50,359 bases of DNA from an uncultured Candidatus Poseidoniales archaeon (GCA_964586945.1 CAZPJQ010000002.1:1-50359), one strand, 5' to 3'; positions 9,414-17,489 are shown, numbered from the stretch's first letter. Translations and numbers: made by a program. The notes: a model not told the origin generated them from the sequence alone.

Positions 9414-9477
9414 CTAGCATGGCCTCCCACATATTGGGGGTGAAACGCTGACTGCTCGCCCGGTTTGGTCAGAAGCC

Positions 9478-11523
9478 TTGCGCCACCACTGGGGTGAAAC
9501 TGCATCGAGCCATTGGATATCGACTCTCGATGGATTCGAGGCACGATTCGGTAAGGCTCTGCTCTGGGCTGTAGAGGTGCCTGGGCGAGTCTGTATTTTG
9601 GGTGACCATTCTGATTATGTTCCGTATTTGCGGGCGAACATCATCACTTTCGCATCGGATAACCAACGAATGAGGGCTTTGGTTTCGCCTCGAGATGATG
9701 GCCGGATCCGAATCGCTAGTTCCCTTGATGGCTGTGAGTTGACGGAATTCGAAATTGAAGGGGAACGATATGATGGTGATTGGTTAGATGGACTTGACGA
9801 AAGAGGTGCTCCCGATTCGCACTGGTCAAATTATGTCAGGGGGGCTGTCGCACACACACAATCACTGAATGAACTCAGATTCGGGTTCGATATGTTTGTC
9901 GATTCGGCCATCCCCCCCGCCTCTGGATCATCATCATCATCCGCACTCACCTTGTGCTCACTCCTAGCCACCCACCTTTCCAATGGCCTAACTTGGGATA
10001 GAGAGAATTTGGCTAGAATGGGGGGGCGCGCGGAATGGTATGTTGGTACACGCGGGGGGATGATGGACCACGCTACGATGGTTTACGCTGAAGATGGAAG
10101 TATGTTGAATCTGCAATTCCGCCCCTTTGGGGTGATGTCAATACCAGACCTACCAAGTGAATTTTGTTGGTATAGCAAATTTACCCACCCGGCAGACAAA
10201 GGCGGTCCGATGTTGGCAGCATTCAACGAACTCGCCTTCGTCCAACAGAAGCTGATACCTTCGTCTCTCGATGAAGTAGGGTTTCAACATCCGAGAGATC
10301 AATCAGAATGGGAAGTTGTAGAGAACAATCTGGATGAGTATTTTGAATACCCCGAGATGGGGGTGCTGAGAGTACGGGATCGCTTTCGGTATGTGATGAA
10401 GGAATATCAGAGAGTAATTGATTTCGAACGGGCACTTGCGAGTTCGGACATGACAACGATTGGAAGGCTACTCAATGAGGCCTGGGGAGATACTCGTGAC
10501 TTGTTGGGAACTCACACACCCATGATGGAGGAGGAAGCGGCGCGTCTCAAGAAAATTGAGGGGGTGGTCGGAGTCAAGGTATTGGGTGCGGGGTTCGGGG
10601 GTAATCTGTTGATTCTTGCGAAAGCGGGGGTTGACCTTGGTGTAGGTGTTGTCTGCCAAACTCCTGGGAAGGGTGTTTCGATTCTTGACATGAACGAAGA
10701 TGTTCGTCCACCCAACACCCGGTGCGCCGCGGTTCTACTTTGTGGAGGGAAGGGGAGTAGGATGGTCTCGCAAGGAATTGATGTACACAAACCATTGATT
10801 CCAATATCGGAAATTCCTTCCCTAATTCGCGTGTTGAATCAACTCAATGGTTGCGGAATTGACTTCTCCACTCGAATAGTTGTAGTGCCACCAAACAGAG
10901 TCGAAGAATACGAAGTGGTGTTGAAAGGGATGAATTGCTCAGTCGTCGCTCAACCAAATGCCCTTGGAACTGGAGATGCTGTTCATTGTACTCTGAATGC
11001 AATACCGGAGGATGTCGAGCATGTCTATGTCTCATTCGGGACCCAGCCGTTGGTGCAGAATGAATCCGTGCTCGCATCGCTCAAACATCACATCGATAAC
11101 CACCTAGGTTTCACACTTCCCACGACAATTACCCCAAACCCCTACGCGCCGTTGATTCGGGGTGTTGGTGGTAAAGTGACGGATTCGGTCGAAACGCATC
11201 TCGAAGGTGTTGAGAAACCATCAGTTGGTGAAGCGAACATAGGGGCATACTGGGTATCGGTGTCTGCGCTTAAGCAGGTCTTGGTGCCACTCGTTGAATC
11301 CAAGTGGAACGGAGAAGGCTACGACACCACTTCTGGTGAGTTGGGGTTCCCAAATGAGATGGTCCGAGCGTGCCTAGAAGCGGGCGTCGGTGTAGATGGA
11401 TTCCCCTGCGCTGAACCTAGTGAAATGATTGGGATCAAACGAATCGAGGATGTTGCCATAGTCGAGAGAGAGTATGAAAGGCGAACCCGGTGGGCAGCGG
11501 GTGGTCAGACCAGTGAGTTGTAG
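9478..11523 (+). CDS. fusion protein: galactokinase-like GHMP sugar kinase (N-terminal) plus sugar-1-phosphate nucleotidyltransferase (C-terminal)
   Basis: N-terminal half has the galactokinase signature PGRVCILGDHSDYV and the GHMP motif PPASGSSSSSALTLCS. From about residue 415 (nt ~10720) come NTP-transferase motifs AAVLLCGGKGSRM..KPL and QPNALGTGDAV. The start is TTG, with no in-frame ATG nearby. Confidence 0.8.
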   Translation: MRHHWGETASSHWISTLDGFEARFGKALLWAVEVPGRVCILGDHSDYVPYLRANIITFASDNQRMRALVSPRDDGRIRIASSLDGCELTEFEIEGERYDGDWLDGLDERGAPDSHWSNYVRGAVAHTQSLNELRFGFDMFVDSAIPPASGSSSSSALTLCSLLATHLSNGLTWDRENLARMGGRAEWYVGTRGGMMDHATMVYAEDGSMLNLQFRPFGVMSIPDLPSEFCWYSKFTHPADKGGPMLAAFNELAFVQQKLIPSSLDEVGFQHPRDQSEWEVVENNLDEYFEYPEMGVLRVRDRFRYVMKEYQRVIDFERALASSDMTTIGRLLNEAWGDTRDLLGTHTPMMEEEAARLKKIEGVVGVKVLGAGFGGNLLILAKAGVDLGVGVVCQTPGKGVSILDMNEDVRPPNTRCAAVLLCGGKGSRMVSQGIDVHKPLIPISEIPSLIRVLNQLNGCGIDFSTRIVVVPPNRVEEYEVVLKGMNCSVVAQPNALGTGDAVHCTLNAIPEDVEHVYVSFGTQPLVQNESVLASLKHHIDNHLGFTLPTTITPNPYAPLIRGVGGKVTDSVETHLEGVEKPSVGEANIGAYWVSVSALKQVLVPLVESKWNGEGYDTTSGELGFPNEMVRACLEAGVGVDGFPCAEPSEMIGIKRIEDVAIVEREYERRTRWAAGGQTSEL

Positions 11524-12680
11524 ATGGTGAGTAACTGCTCTCTGATTATCTCCTTCGTGTATCGTTCTTCGACACCCGCGCGCATCGCTGAGAAATCCCA
11601 TTGATGTGAACGGGCCTCGTTCATGGATGAAGCAAGTCCAGACACATCGTCCACGGCTACTAGAATGCCGTCCTGTTCGCGAACTATGTCATTTGGGCCG
11701 CCACAACGGGTTGCCACTACGGGCCTACCACTCGCTAGTGATTCAACCAATACTATCCCGAAAGTTTCGTATCTACTAGGGTGAACGAAGGCGTTGATTC
11801 CTTGGAAGAAATTCGGTGCTTCTTCCCTTGGTATTGTGCCGAGGAATGATACTCGATTTGAGAGGCCTAACTCGGAAGCTAAATTCTCAAGGCCCCCACG
11901 CAATGGCCCGTCACCTGCTAACTGAAGTGTACCCCCATCGACTGACGCGAAAGCGCGCAGAAGCGTTTCGTGGCCTTTGTCGGCGACCATGTTCGCCATG
12001 TAGCCCCAAATGAACTCATCATCTTGGCGCTGTGGAGTCAATGGAAAGTTACCGATGTCTATCATGTTGGGAACCAAAGTGAATAATTCCTGGGGGATGC
12101 CTAGAATCCGATCCAAGTCCTCTGAGAGAGAATTGCTTACCGACGCTAGATATGACGCTGAATCGAGTGTTTTTGATGCTGTCATCCGTTCACGGGGTCC
12201 CGCAATGCCTCTGGCAAAGATGCTGGCGCCAACGGTGACAACCCACGGAATTCCTTCCCGCTCAGCGATGGCTCTCGCGAGAATCGCCCCCCACATCGTG
12301 CACTTTGCGTGGATGATGTCCGGCTTTCCGTTGACTTCAGAATATGCATCATACATCTTCAGTGCGAGTCGCTCTCTCTGTCTAACCGCAGCTCGATAGA
12401 CCGGTGGGATCCGTTGCAATGGACCGGGTTGCCTCATCCGTTGAACAGCGCGCACGACTGTAAGGCCGTTCTCAACTCTTACTTGGACACCATGAGTTGT
12501 TCCACCAAACCACCTCTTCGAGGGCAAATCGATAAACTGGGCGTACAAGACTCCTACCTTGTGACCCACCTCCTCAAACATCTCAGCCTGTTCTTGGAAG
12601 AATGTGCCCAAAAGTGGGGCCTCGTCACTCGGATACCATGACGGTACGAACAGAATGTGTAGTCGGCTCAAGCCACTCAC
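11505..12680 (-). CDS. GT4-family (GT-B) glycosyltransferase
   Basis: C-terminal signature FVHPSRYETFGIVLVESLASGRPVVATRCGGPNDIV and N-terminus ILFVPSWYP. GTG start. It overlaps the convergent kinase/NT gene by 19 nt. Confidence 0.85.
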   Translation of the reverse strand: MSGLSRLHILFVPSWYPSDEAPLLGTFFQEQAEMFEEVGHKVGVLYAQFIDLPSKRWFGGTTHGVQVRVENGLTVVRAVQRMRQPGPLQRIPPVYRAAVRQRERLALKMYDAYSEVNGKPDIIHAKCTMWGAILARAIAEREGIPWVVTVGASIFARGIAGPRERMTASKTLDSASYLASVSNSLSEDLDRILGIPQELFTLVPNMIDIGNFPLTPQRQDDEFIWGYMANMVADKGHETLLRAFASVDGGTLQLAGDGPLRGGLENLASELGLSNRVSFLGTIPREEAPNFFQGINAFVHPSRYETFGIVLVESLASGRPVVATRCGGPNDIVREQDGILVAVDDVSGLASSMNEARSHQWDFSAMRAGVEERYTKEIIREQLLTIYNSLV

Positions 12681-12729
12681 CTAAACTCCGCTCAGGCCGG
12701 GGCGGTCATCACGGTTGTGGAGAAGTTAC

Positions 12730-13011
12730 TCACTCTTCTTCGGAAGCAGCAGAACTCTCAGTGGCCACGGCGGCCGAAGGTGATGTGTCACCACGGAAGG
12801 CGGAGATGACCTTCGGCTCTTTCGAATCGGATGGGTCAATGACCTCGATGCTTGCGATGTTCACGAATCGCCGAGAGACCCGGTGTCGGCTACCGAAATT
12901 AGACTCAACACGGTGTCGGGCATCAGCCTCGTCGCTCGCTACAACATCCATCGTGAACTCTTGGATGTTCTTGCCATTGGGGAAGGACCCCAGCACTCGG
13001 TAGGCCTGCAT
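12730..13011 (-). CDS. rplX: 50S ribosomal protein LX (eL20 / L18Ae family) with short acidic C-terminal extension
   Basis: MQAYRVLGSFPNGKNIQEFTMDVVASDEADARHRVESNFGSRHRVSRRFVNIASIEVI fits the archaeal LX pattern M..F.V.G.F......Q.F.KE......E.A.E...S..GS.H...R..I.I..V.EI. Confidence 0.75.
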   Translation of the reverse strand: MQAYRVLGSFPNGKNIQEFTMDVVASDEADARHRVESNFGSRHRVSRRFVNIASIEVIDPSDSKEPKVISAFRGDTSPSAAVATESSAASEEE

Positions 13012-13035
13012 CGATGCGCCGACCTAGGGTGCCGT

Positions 13036-13043
13036 CTTAAACG
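13036..13043. promoter_or_regulatory. candidate shared TATA-like element (TCTTAAAC / GTTTAAGA) between divergent rplX and the S8 protease gene
   Basis: This is the only A/T-rich element in the 34-52 nt divergent gap. It lies about 25-32 nt upstream of the rplX ATG (13011), which would imply a leaderless transcript, and about 21-28 nt upstream of the second in-frame ATG of the protease (13064). Confidence 0.25.
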
Positions 13044-13045
13044 CG

Positions 13046-15208
13046 ATGGGGCTTGAAGTGGACATGGGTTCAAGCTCCGCACCCCTCGCATTGGCGCTCC
13101 TGCTCATGTTTTCTCTCGCTTCTACCCTCCCCGCGCCTACGGGCGCGCTTGGGAACGGGTTTTCGAACGAGGGGGTGTCTAACGAGGGGACTGGAAGCAC
13201 GCAAGAAGATGAACAGGGTGTGGATTACGCTCAATTTGAGGGCAGCTTGGCTTCGGGCAGAAACTCCGTCGCCGCCTCGATCAGCCAACATGGTGAACTG
13301 GACGGACATCCAGCGTGGCTGCTCGGAATCGACGGTACTGGGGTCATCATCGCCAGCGCCGACTCTGGAATCGACCGCGACCACGCCTGCTTCCGTGATG
13401 CGACAGAACCTGGGGCATCTGGTAGTGAATGGAACAATGCCACCGGCACTCCTGGAGTTGCGCATCGGAAAATCCTCTTCCTCGACGAATCAATCGACAA
13501 TTGGGATAGCCAAGGTCACGAGCATTTCACCCACGGGACCCATGTGGCGGGAAGTCTGGTCTGTAGGTCGGTCTACGAGCAAGCGGCCGAGGATGTGGAG
13601 GATTGGCTGAACGCAACACCGGGTGAGGGGACTTCTCTTTCTCACGGCGCAAAACTGGTCTTCACGGATGTTGTTGGGGATGATGGGTGGGTGGTCCCGG
13701 AACCTTCGGTTCTGTTCACCACCGCGGCCGAAAACGGGGCGGTTATTCGCTCAGACTCCTGGGGGGATGCGACCACTGACTATACTGAAAGAACACGCCA
13801 ATTCGACTCGTGGCTCCACTCCGTTCCATGGGCCCTCTCGATAGTCGCCCCGGGAAACACCGGCAACGAGGTGCAAGAGCCTGCCAACGGATTCAATGTC
13901 GTCTCAGTTGGAGTCGCCAAGAAGGATGGTAGTGATGACCTCTGGATGTTGACACCACACTCACCTACTGCCCAAGGTCGGCAGGGGGTGGAATTCGTGG
14001 TCCCTGGAGTTTCGATAGTATCGGCCACATCTGATGGTGAGCATAATTCGTACAATGATGGGTGGAAGAGCAACTCCGGTAGTTCGATGGCCGCCCCTCA
14101 AGCGGCTGCTGCTGCTGCGTTGGTTCAACAGATGGTACAGGGTGGTTGGATCGCAGGTGGTGATGAACGGTTTGTGGTGGTTTTGAATCGGCCGGGCTGG
14201 GCGACTGTAGTCGACGAGAACCTGAGTGATGGGGAGTTACTCCTTGCAGAAGGCTTCACCCCCTCTGGCTCTCTCCTGCGGGCGCTCCTCTCCTTGAGTG
14301 CTGAATCGATAGAGGGGGGCAGACAAGGTAGCATCGTGCTTGGCCCGGGGCCCGATGACTCGCAGGGTTGGGGACTCGTCAACCTCTCCAGACTGGTCGA
14401 CTTCACCGGGGTCGGGGATTCTCTTGGGGATGAGCCTCTTGACCCGGCCCCAAATATCTGGATTCATGACTCCTTCCGACTCAAAGATGACAACTGGCAG
14501 GAGGTCGTAGCGTCGTGGCTCGATGGTGAGGCTAATTCAGCTGCTGCTCTGCAAGAAAATGAGTGGCGGGGTGAGGGTGCTGAAGGACCATTTCTTAGCA
14601 ATGGTGAATCACAGTCATGGCTCATGCCGTTAGTGCCTGGTGAGGATTTTGAGGTGAGGTTGGCTTGGACATCGACCCCTCATCCAAATCTCGACGATCT
14701 GGACCTTGTCGTTGAGGTAGATGGTGAATGGTATCATGGGAACCAATTCGACGGTTGGAACAGCAGCGCCTCAGAAGAACTTGGTTTAGGACAACAGAAC
14801 AGTACTTTGGAGGGTGTTCGAATCTCCGCAGAACGGTTGGTCGGAATTGAGAGCGTGACGGTCACGGTCAAGGCGGTCAGTGTGGTGGAATCCTCACGAT
14901 TGGGAGTGGTCGGTATGAATGGTGATAGTGTTGGGTTTGCTCTTGCGGTAAAGGGTGTTCTGAGCGCTGATGTGAGGCCTGAATCTAGTTGGGAGGTTGG
15001 GCCTAATGTTGTTGGAGATGGAGAGGTGAGTAGTCTTTGGCCACTCTTCATCGCTGTCCTCTTGATAGGGGTCGCAGTAGTCATAGAAGTGGGTTGGACT
15101 CGAGGGGTGACTGTCGAGGAGGCCGGAGTGACTAAAGGTCAACCTTCAAACCCTCAAGGGGTCTCGCTGTCCTCAGCGGTAGCACCGCACACAGGTGAAG
15201 AAGAATGA
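13046..15208 (+). CDS. subtilisin-like serine protease (peptidase S8), secreted and C-terminally membrane-anchored
   Basis: Signal peptide APLALALLLMFSLASTLPA. Catalytic triad contexts IIASADSGIDRDH (Asp), HGTHVAGS (His) and SGSSMAAPQAAAAAALV (Ser). A C-terminal TM helix LWPLFIAVLLIGVAVVIEVGW is followed by a ~40-aa tail. The start may be 13064. Confidence 0.9.
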   Translation: MGLEVDMGSSSAPLALALLLMFSLASTLPAPTGALGNGFSNEGVSNEGTGSTQEDEQGVDYAQFEGSLASGRNSVAASISQHGELDGHPAWLLGIDGTGVIIASADSGIDRDHACFRDATEPGASGSEWNNATGTPGVAHRKILFLDESIDNWDSQGHEHFTHGTHVAGSLVCRSVYEQAAEDVEDWLNATPGEGTSLSHGAKLVFTDVVGDDGWVVPEPSVLFTTAAENGAVIRSDSWGDATTDYTERTRQFDSWLHSVPWALSIVAPGNTGNEVQEPANGFNVVSVGVAKKDGSDDLWMLTPHSPTAQGRQGVEFVVPGVSIVSATSDGEHNSYNDGWKSNSGSSMAAPQAAAAAALVQQMVQGGWIAGGDERFVVVLNRPGWATVVDENLSDGELLLAEGFTPSGSLLRALLSLSAESIEGGRQGSIVLGPGPDDSQGWGLVNLSRLVDFTGVGDSLGDEPLDPAPNIWIHDSFRLKDDNWQEVVASWLDGEANSAAALQENEWRGEGAEGPFLSNGESQSWLMPLVPGEDFEVRLAWTSTPHPNLDDLDLVVEVDGEWYHGNQFDGWNSSASEELGLGQQNSTLEGVRISAERLVGIESVTVTVKAVSVVESSRLGVVGMNGDSVGFALAVKGVLSADVRPESSWEVGPNVVGDGEVSSLWPLFIAVLLIGVAVVIEVGWTRGVTVEEAGVTKGQPSNPQGVSLSSAVAPHTGEEE

Positions 15209-16209
15209 GCGAGCGACTATATCTCGGAATCGATTTGGGAACCTTCCAAAGCACGATTTCAGCATCTAATGGAGAAGTACACACGGTGGAAACCGTGGTT
15301 GGAAAGCCGAAGGACCCGATTGCGAGGAACTTCTTGAAGAGAGATACTCTGTTCGGTTCGGAAGCTCTGAAGAACAAACTCGCCTGCAACCTATACCACC
15401 CACTGGCGGCTGGTGTTGCACAGGATGACGAGAATAACCTCGCCGCGGCGAAGTCGTTCGTTACCCACCTGGTCGAAACGGTCGACCCGGAAGAGTTCGA
15501 TGAGGTGTTTGGTGTGATTTGCTCACCCTCACACATCTCATTCGTGGACAAGAGCAATCTCGTTAGCATTCTACGCGGTCAGGTCAATGCAATCATGGTC
15601 GTCAGTGAGCCGTTTGCAGTAGCCTTCGGACTTGATGAGATAGGTGGTTCCATTGTCGTCGACATAGGTGCGGGAACCACAGACATCGCCCGAGTCTACG
15701 GAACCTTCCCAAGTGAAGAAGACCAGGACACTGTATCTGAAGCTGGAGACTGGATTGACGAGCGACTCATGGAGCTCGTTGCCAAGAAGTACACTGGTGC
15801 GCAACTCACCAAGGATATGGTGCGACGCTGGAAGGAGGATGGTTCCTATGTTGGCGGTGATGTTCGAGAGCAAATGGTCGAACTTTCAGTGGATGGTAAG
15901 AAACAGGTTGTCGATGTTGGCGACCTCGTACAGATTGCATGTGAGGAGTTGATTCCACACATGGTTGGTGCGATTAAGCGAATTGTTTCATCTGCAGATC
16001 CGGAGTACCAACCAATCCTACGCAACAACATCATCCTCTCAGGGGGGGGTTCTCTAATCGATGGCATCTCCGATAGGATAGCTGATGAGTTGGCTGACAT
16101 AGGGGATGTACGTGTTTGGTGCTGCGACGAGCCCATCGTTCGTGTCGCTGATGGTGCTCTAAAACTGTCAATGGTCATGCCAGATGACCAATACACAGCC
16201 ATCAGTTAA
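15205..16209 (+). CDS. actin-family ATPase, MamK-like (MreB/MamK clade)
   Basis: Actin-fold motifs: LGIDLGTFQS (phosphate 1), VVSEPFAVAFGL..IVVDIGAGTTDI (phosphate 2) and ILSGGGSLIDG (adenosine). Several strings match MamK as I remember it (VVGKPKD, YHPLAAGV, PSEEDQDTVSEAGDWIDERL, IACEELIPHMV, PEYQ). AGGTGA lies 7 nt upstream, and the ATG overlaps the protease stop (ATGA). Confidence 0.85.
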   Translation: MSERLYLGIDLGTFQSTISASNGEVHTVETVVGKPKDPIARNFLKRDTLFGSEALKNKLACNLYHPLAAGVAQDDENNLAAAKSFVTHLVETVDPEEFDEVFGVICSPSHISFVDKSNLVSILRGQVNAIMVVSEPFAVAFGLDEIGGSIVVDIGAGTTDIARVYGTFPSEEDQDTVSEAGDWIDERLMELVAKKYTGAQLTKDMVRRWKEDGSYVGGDVREQMVELSVDGKKQVVDVGDLVQIACEELIPHMVGAIKRIVSSADPEYQPILRNNIILSGGGSLIDGISDRIADELADIGDVRVWCCDEPIVRVADGALKLSMVMPDDQYTAIS

Positions 16210-16222
16210 ACGCCGATTCCGG

Positions 16223-16240
16223 CAGACCCTAGGGGGTCTG
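16223..16240 (+). other. perfect 7-bp stem / 4-nt loop hairpin just after the actin-like gene's stop codon
   Basis: CAGACCC-TAGG-GGGTCTG begins 14 nt after the TAA at 16207-16209. No T-tract follows, so it is not a classical archaeal terminator; it could be an RNA processing or stability element. Confidence 0.3.
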
Positions 16241-16316
16241 TAGAAAGGCCTTACCACCCCGTTGGCTAGCGCAGGGTTCAAGAATGGTATTGCGCCGATA
16301 GGATTGTTGATTGAGT

Positions 16317-17483
16317 ATGGCGACCCCCTCCACCTCCTCTGAATCGAGCAACGGGGCCGGTGACATGGACCGTGCTGCTCTGTCTGGAATGTTGTCCTCA
16401 TATGACTCCAAGCAACTGGTTGACGAGGTCATTACTGCATGGGAGGAGTTGGCGGCGGCCAACAAGGACCTCGCCACATCAAGCCAACGAAACCGCGTTC
16501 TCGAGCTCGACCTCGCGGAGAGAGATGAGTTGGGTGTCCCTGAGCGCGCTCGTCTACTCAAAATGGAGGAAGATATGCGCGAGAGGGAAGCGCGTATTAT
16601 CCATCTTGAGAGAATGTTGGATGAGGTACGGCGTGAGAAAGAGGGTGTTGAGAACTCGGTTGGGGCGATTCGGGTTGACGATCTTGAGAGGAACAATGCT
16701 GAACTCTCAGAGAGAAGTGAGTCTCAGGCAACGATGATTTCCGAAATGGAGGGTAAGTTGGACCAATTGGTTGACGCGTTAGAGAAAGCTGCGGAAGCTG
16801 GCCTCACTTCAATCACTGCTGACGAGGTTCGCACCTTGAACAGAGAACTTGAAGAGGCTCATCGAAGAATTGAGACAGAACAGTCTGAGAGTAACGCAGT
16901 TGGGGGTGAGCGTGACCAGTTGCGTGAGATGGTTGAACAGACCGGGAGTCTGCTCGAACAGCGAGATCTTCGAATAAAGGAGATGGAAGGGCAACTTCAG
17001 AGAATCATGGAAGGGCCCCGCTCAATCTCTGCAGAGCATGACTACCTAGTGGAGCAAATCGAGGAGTTGAAGCGCCGCCTTCTTGAGCGGAATCGTGAGT
17101 ATGAGGCTCTGCGCCGACGGGAGAGAAGACTACACAGAGAGGTATTCGAGCGGGATGAGAGAATCCAACAGATGCAATTGACGATGTCGGATATCGAAGG
17201 TGGTCTGTCAGACCGTACCGCGGAGATGAAGACGCTTGAAGAGAGTCACGAGCGCTTGTTGGCTGAAGTGGAAGGACTTCGCCGTTCAGAGAGAACGAGG
17301 GAAGTGGTCAGTGGAGCATTCCAAGACACTCTTGGAGTTCTTCGCTCCCATGAACAACGCAAAGCACGGCGCGAGGCGTTGGGAATCGAGGAAGATGATT
17401 CGATTCCTGAACCCGGAGATGGTAATATGCCTGGAGGAACAGCACCAGCGGCCTTGCGTGACATCGATGAATTGGATGAATGA
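16317..17483 (+). CDS. long coiled-coil protein (hypothetical; E/R/L-rich heptad-like sequence throughout)
   Basis: About 390 aa that is almost entirely charged/Leu-rich helix-former sequence (e.g. RNREYEALRRRERRLHREVFERDERIQQMQL). It has an S/T-rich N-terminus and an acidic C-terminal peptide LRDIDELDE. No enzymatic motif. The track start at 16311 is TTG; an ATG lies at 16317. Confidence 0.7.
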   Translation: MATPSTSSESSNGAGDMDRAALSGMLSSYDSKQLVDEVITAWEELAAANKDLATSSQRNRVLELDLAERDELGVPERARLLKMEEDMREREARIIHLERMLDEVRREKEGVENSVGAIRVDDLERNNAELSERSESQATMISEMEGKLDQLVDALEKAAEAGLTSITADEVRTLNRELEEAHRRIETEQSESNAVGGERDQLREMVEQTGSLLEQRDLRIKEMEGQLQRIMEGPRSISAEHDYLVEQIEELKRRLLERNREYEALRRRERRLHREVFERDERIQQMQLTMSDIEGGLSDRTAEMKTLEESHERLLAEVEGLRRSERTREVVSGAFQDTLGVLRSHEQRKARREALGIEEDDSIPEPGDGNMPGGTAPAALRDIDELDE

Positions 17484-17489
17484 GGTTGT

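Noticed and set aside
13053-13610. 185-aa alternative-frame + ORF at the start of the S8 protease gene
   Set aside because: It overlaps the protease frame, which carries the signal peptide and the catalytic Asp motif. The alternative frame is Arg/Ser/Trp-rich with no motifs.
16035-16050. G8 homopolymer inside the actin-like gene (tcaggggggggttct) as a possible slippage or phase-variation site
   Set aside because: It encodes the conserved GGG of the adenosine-binding motif ILSGGGS and the frame is intact, so there is no evidence of a switch.
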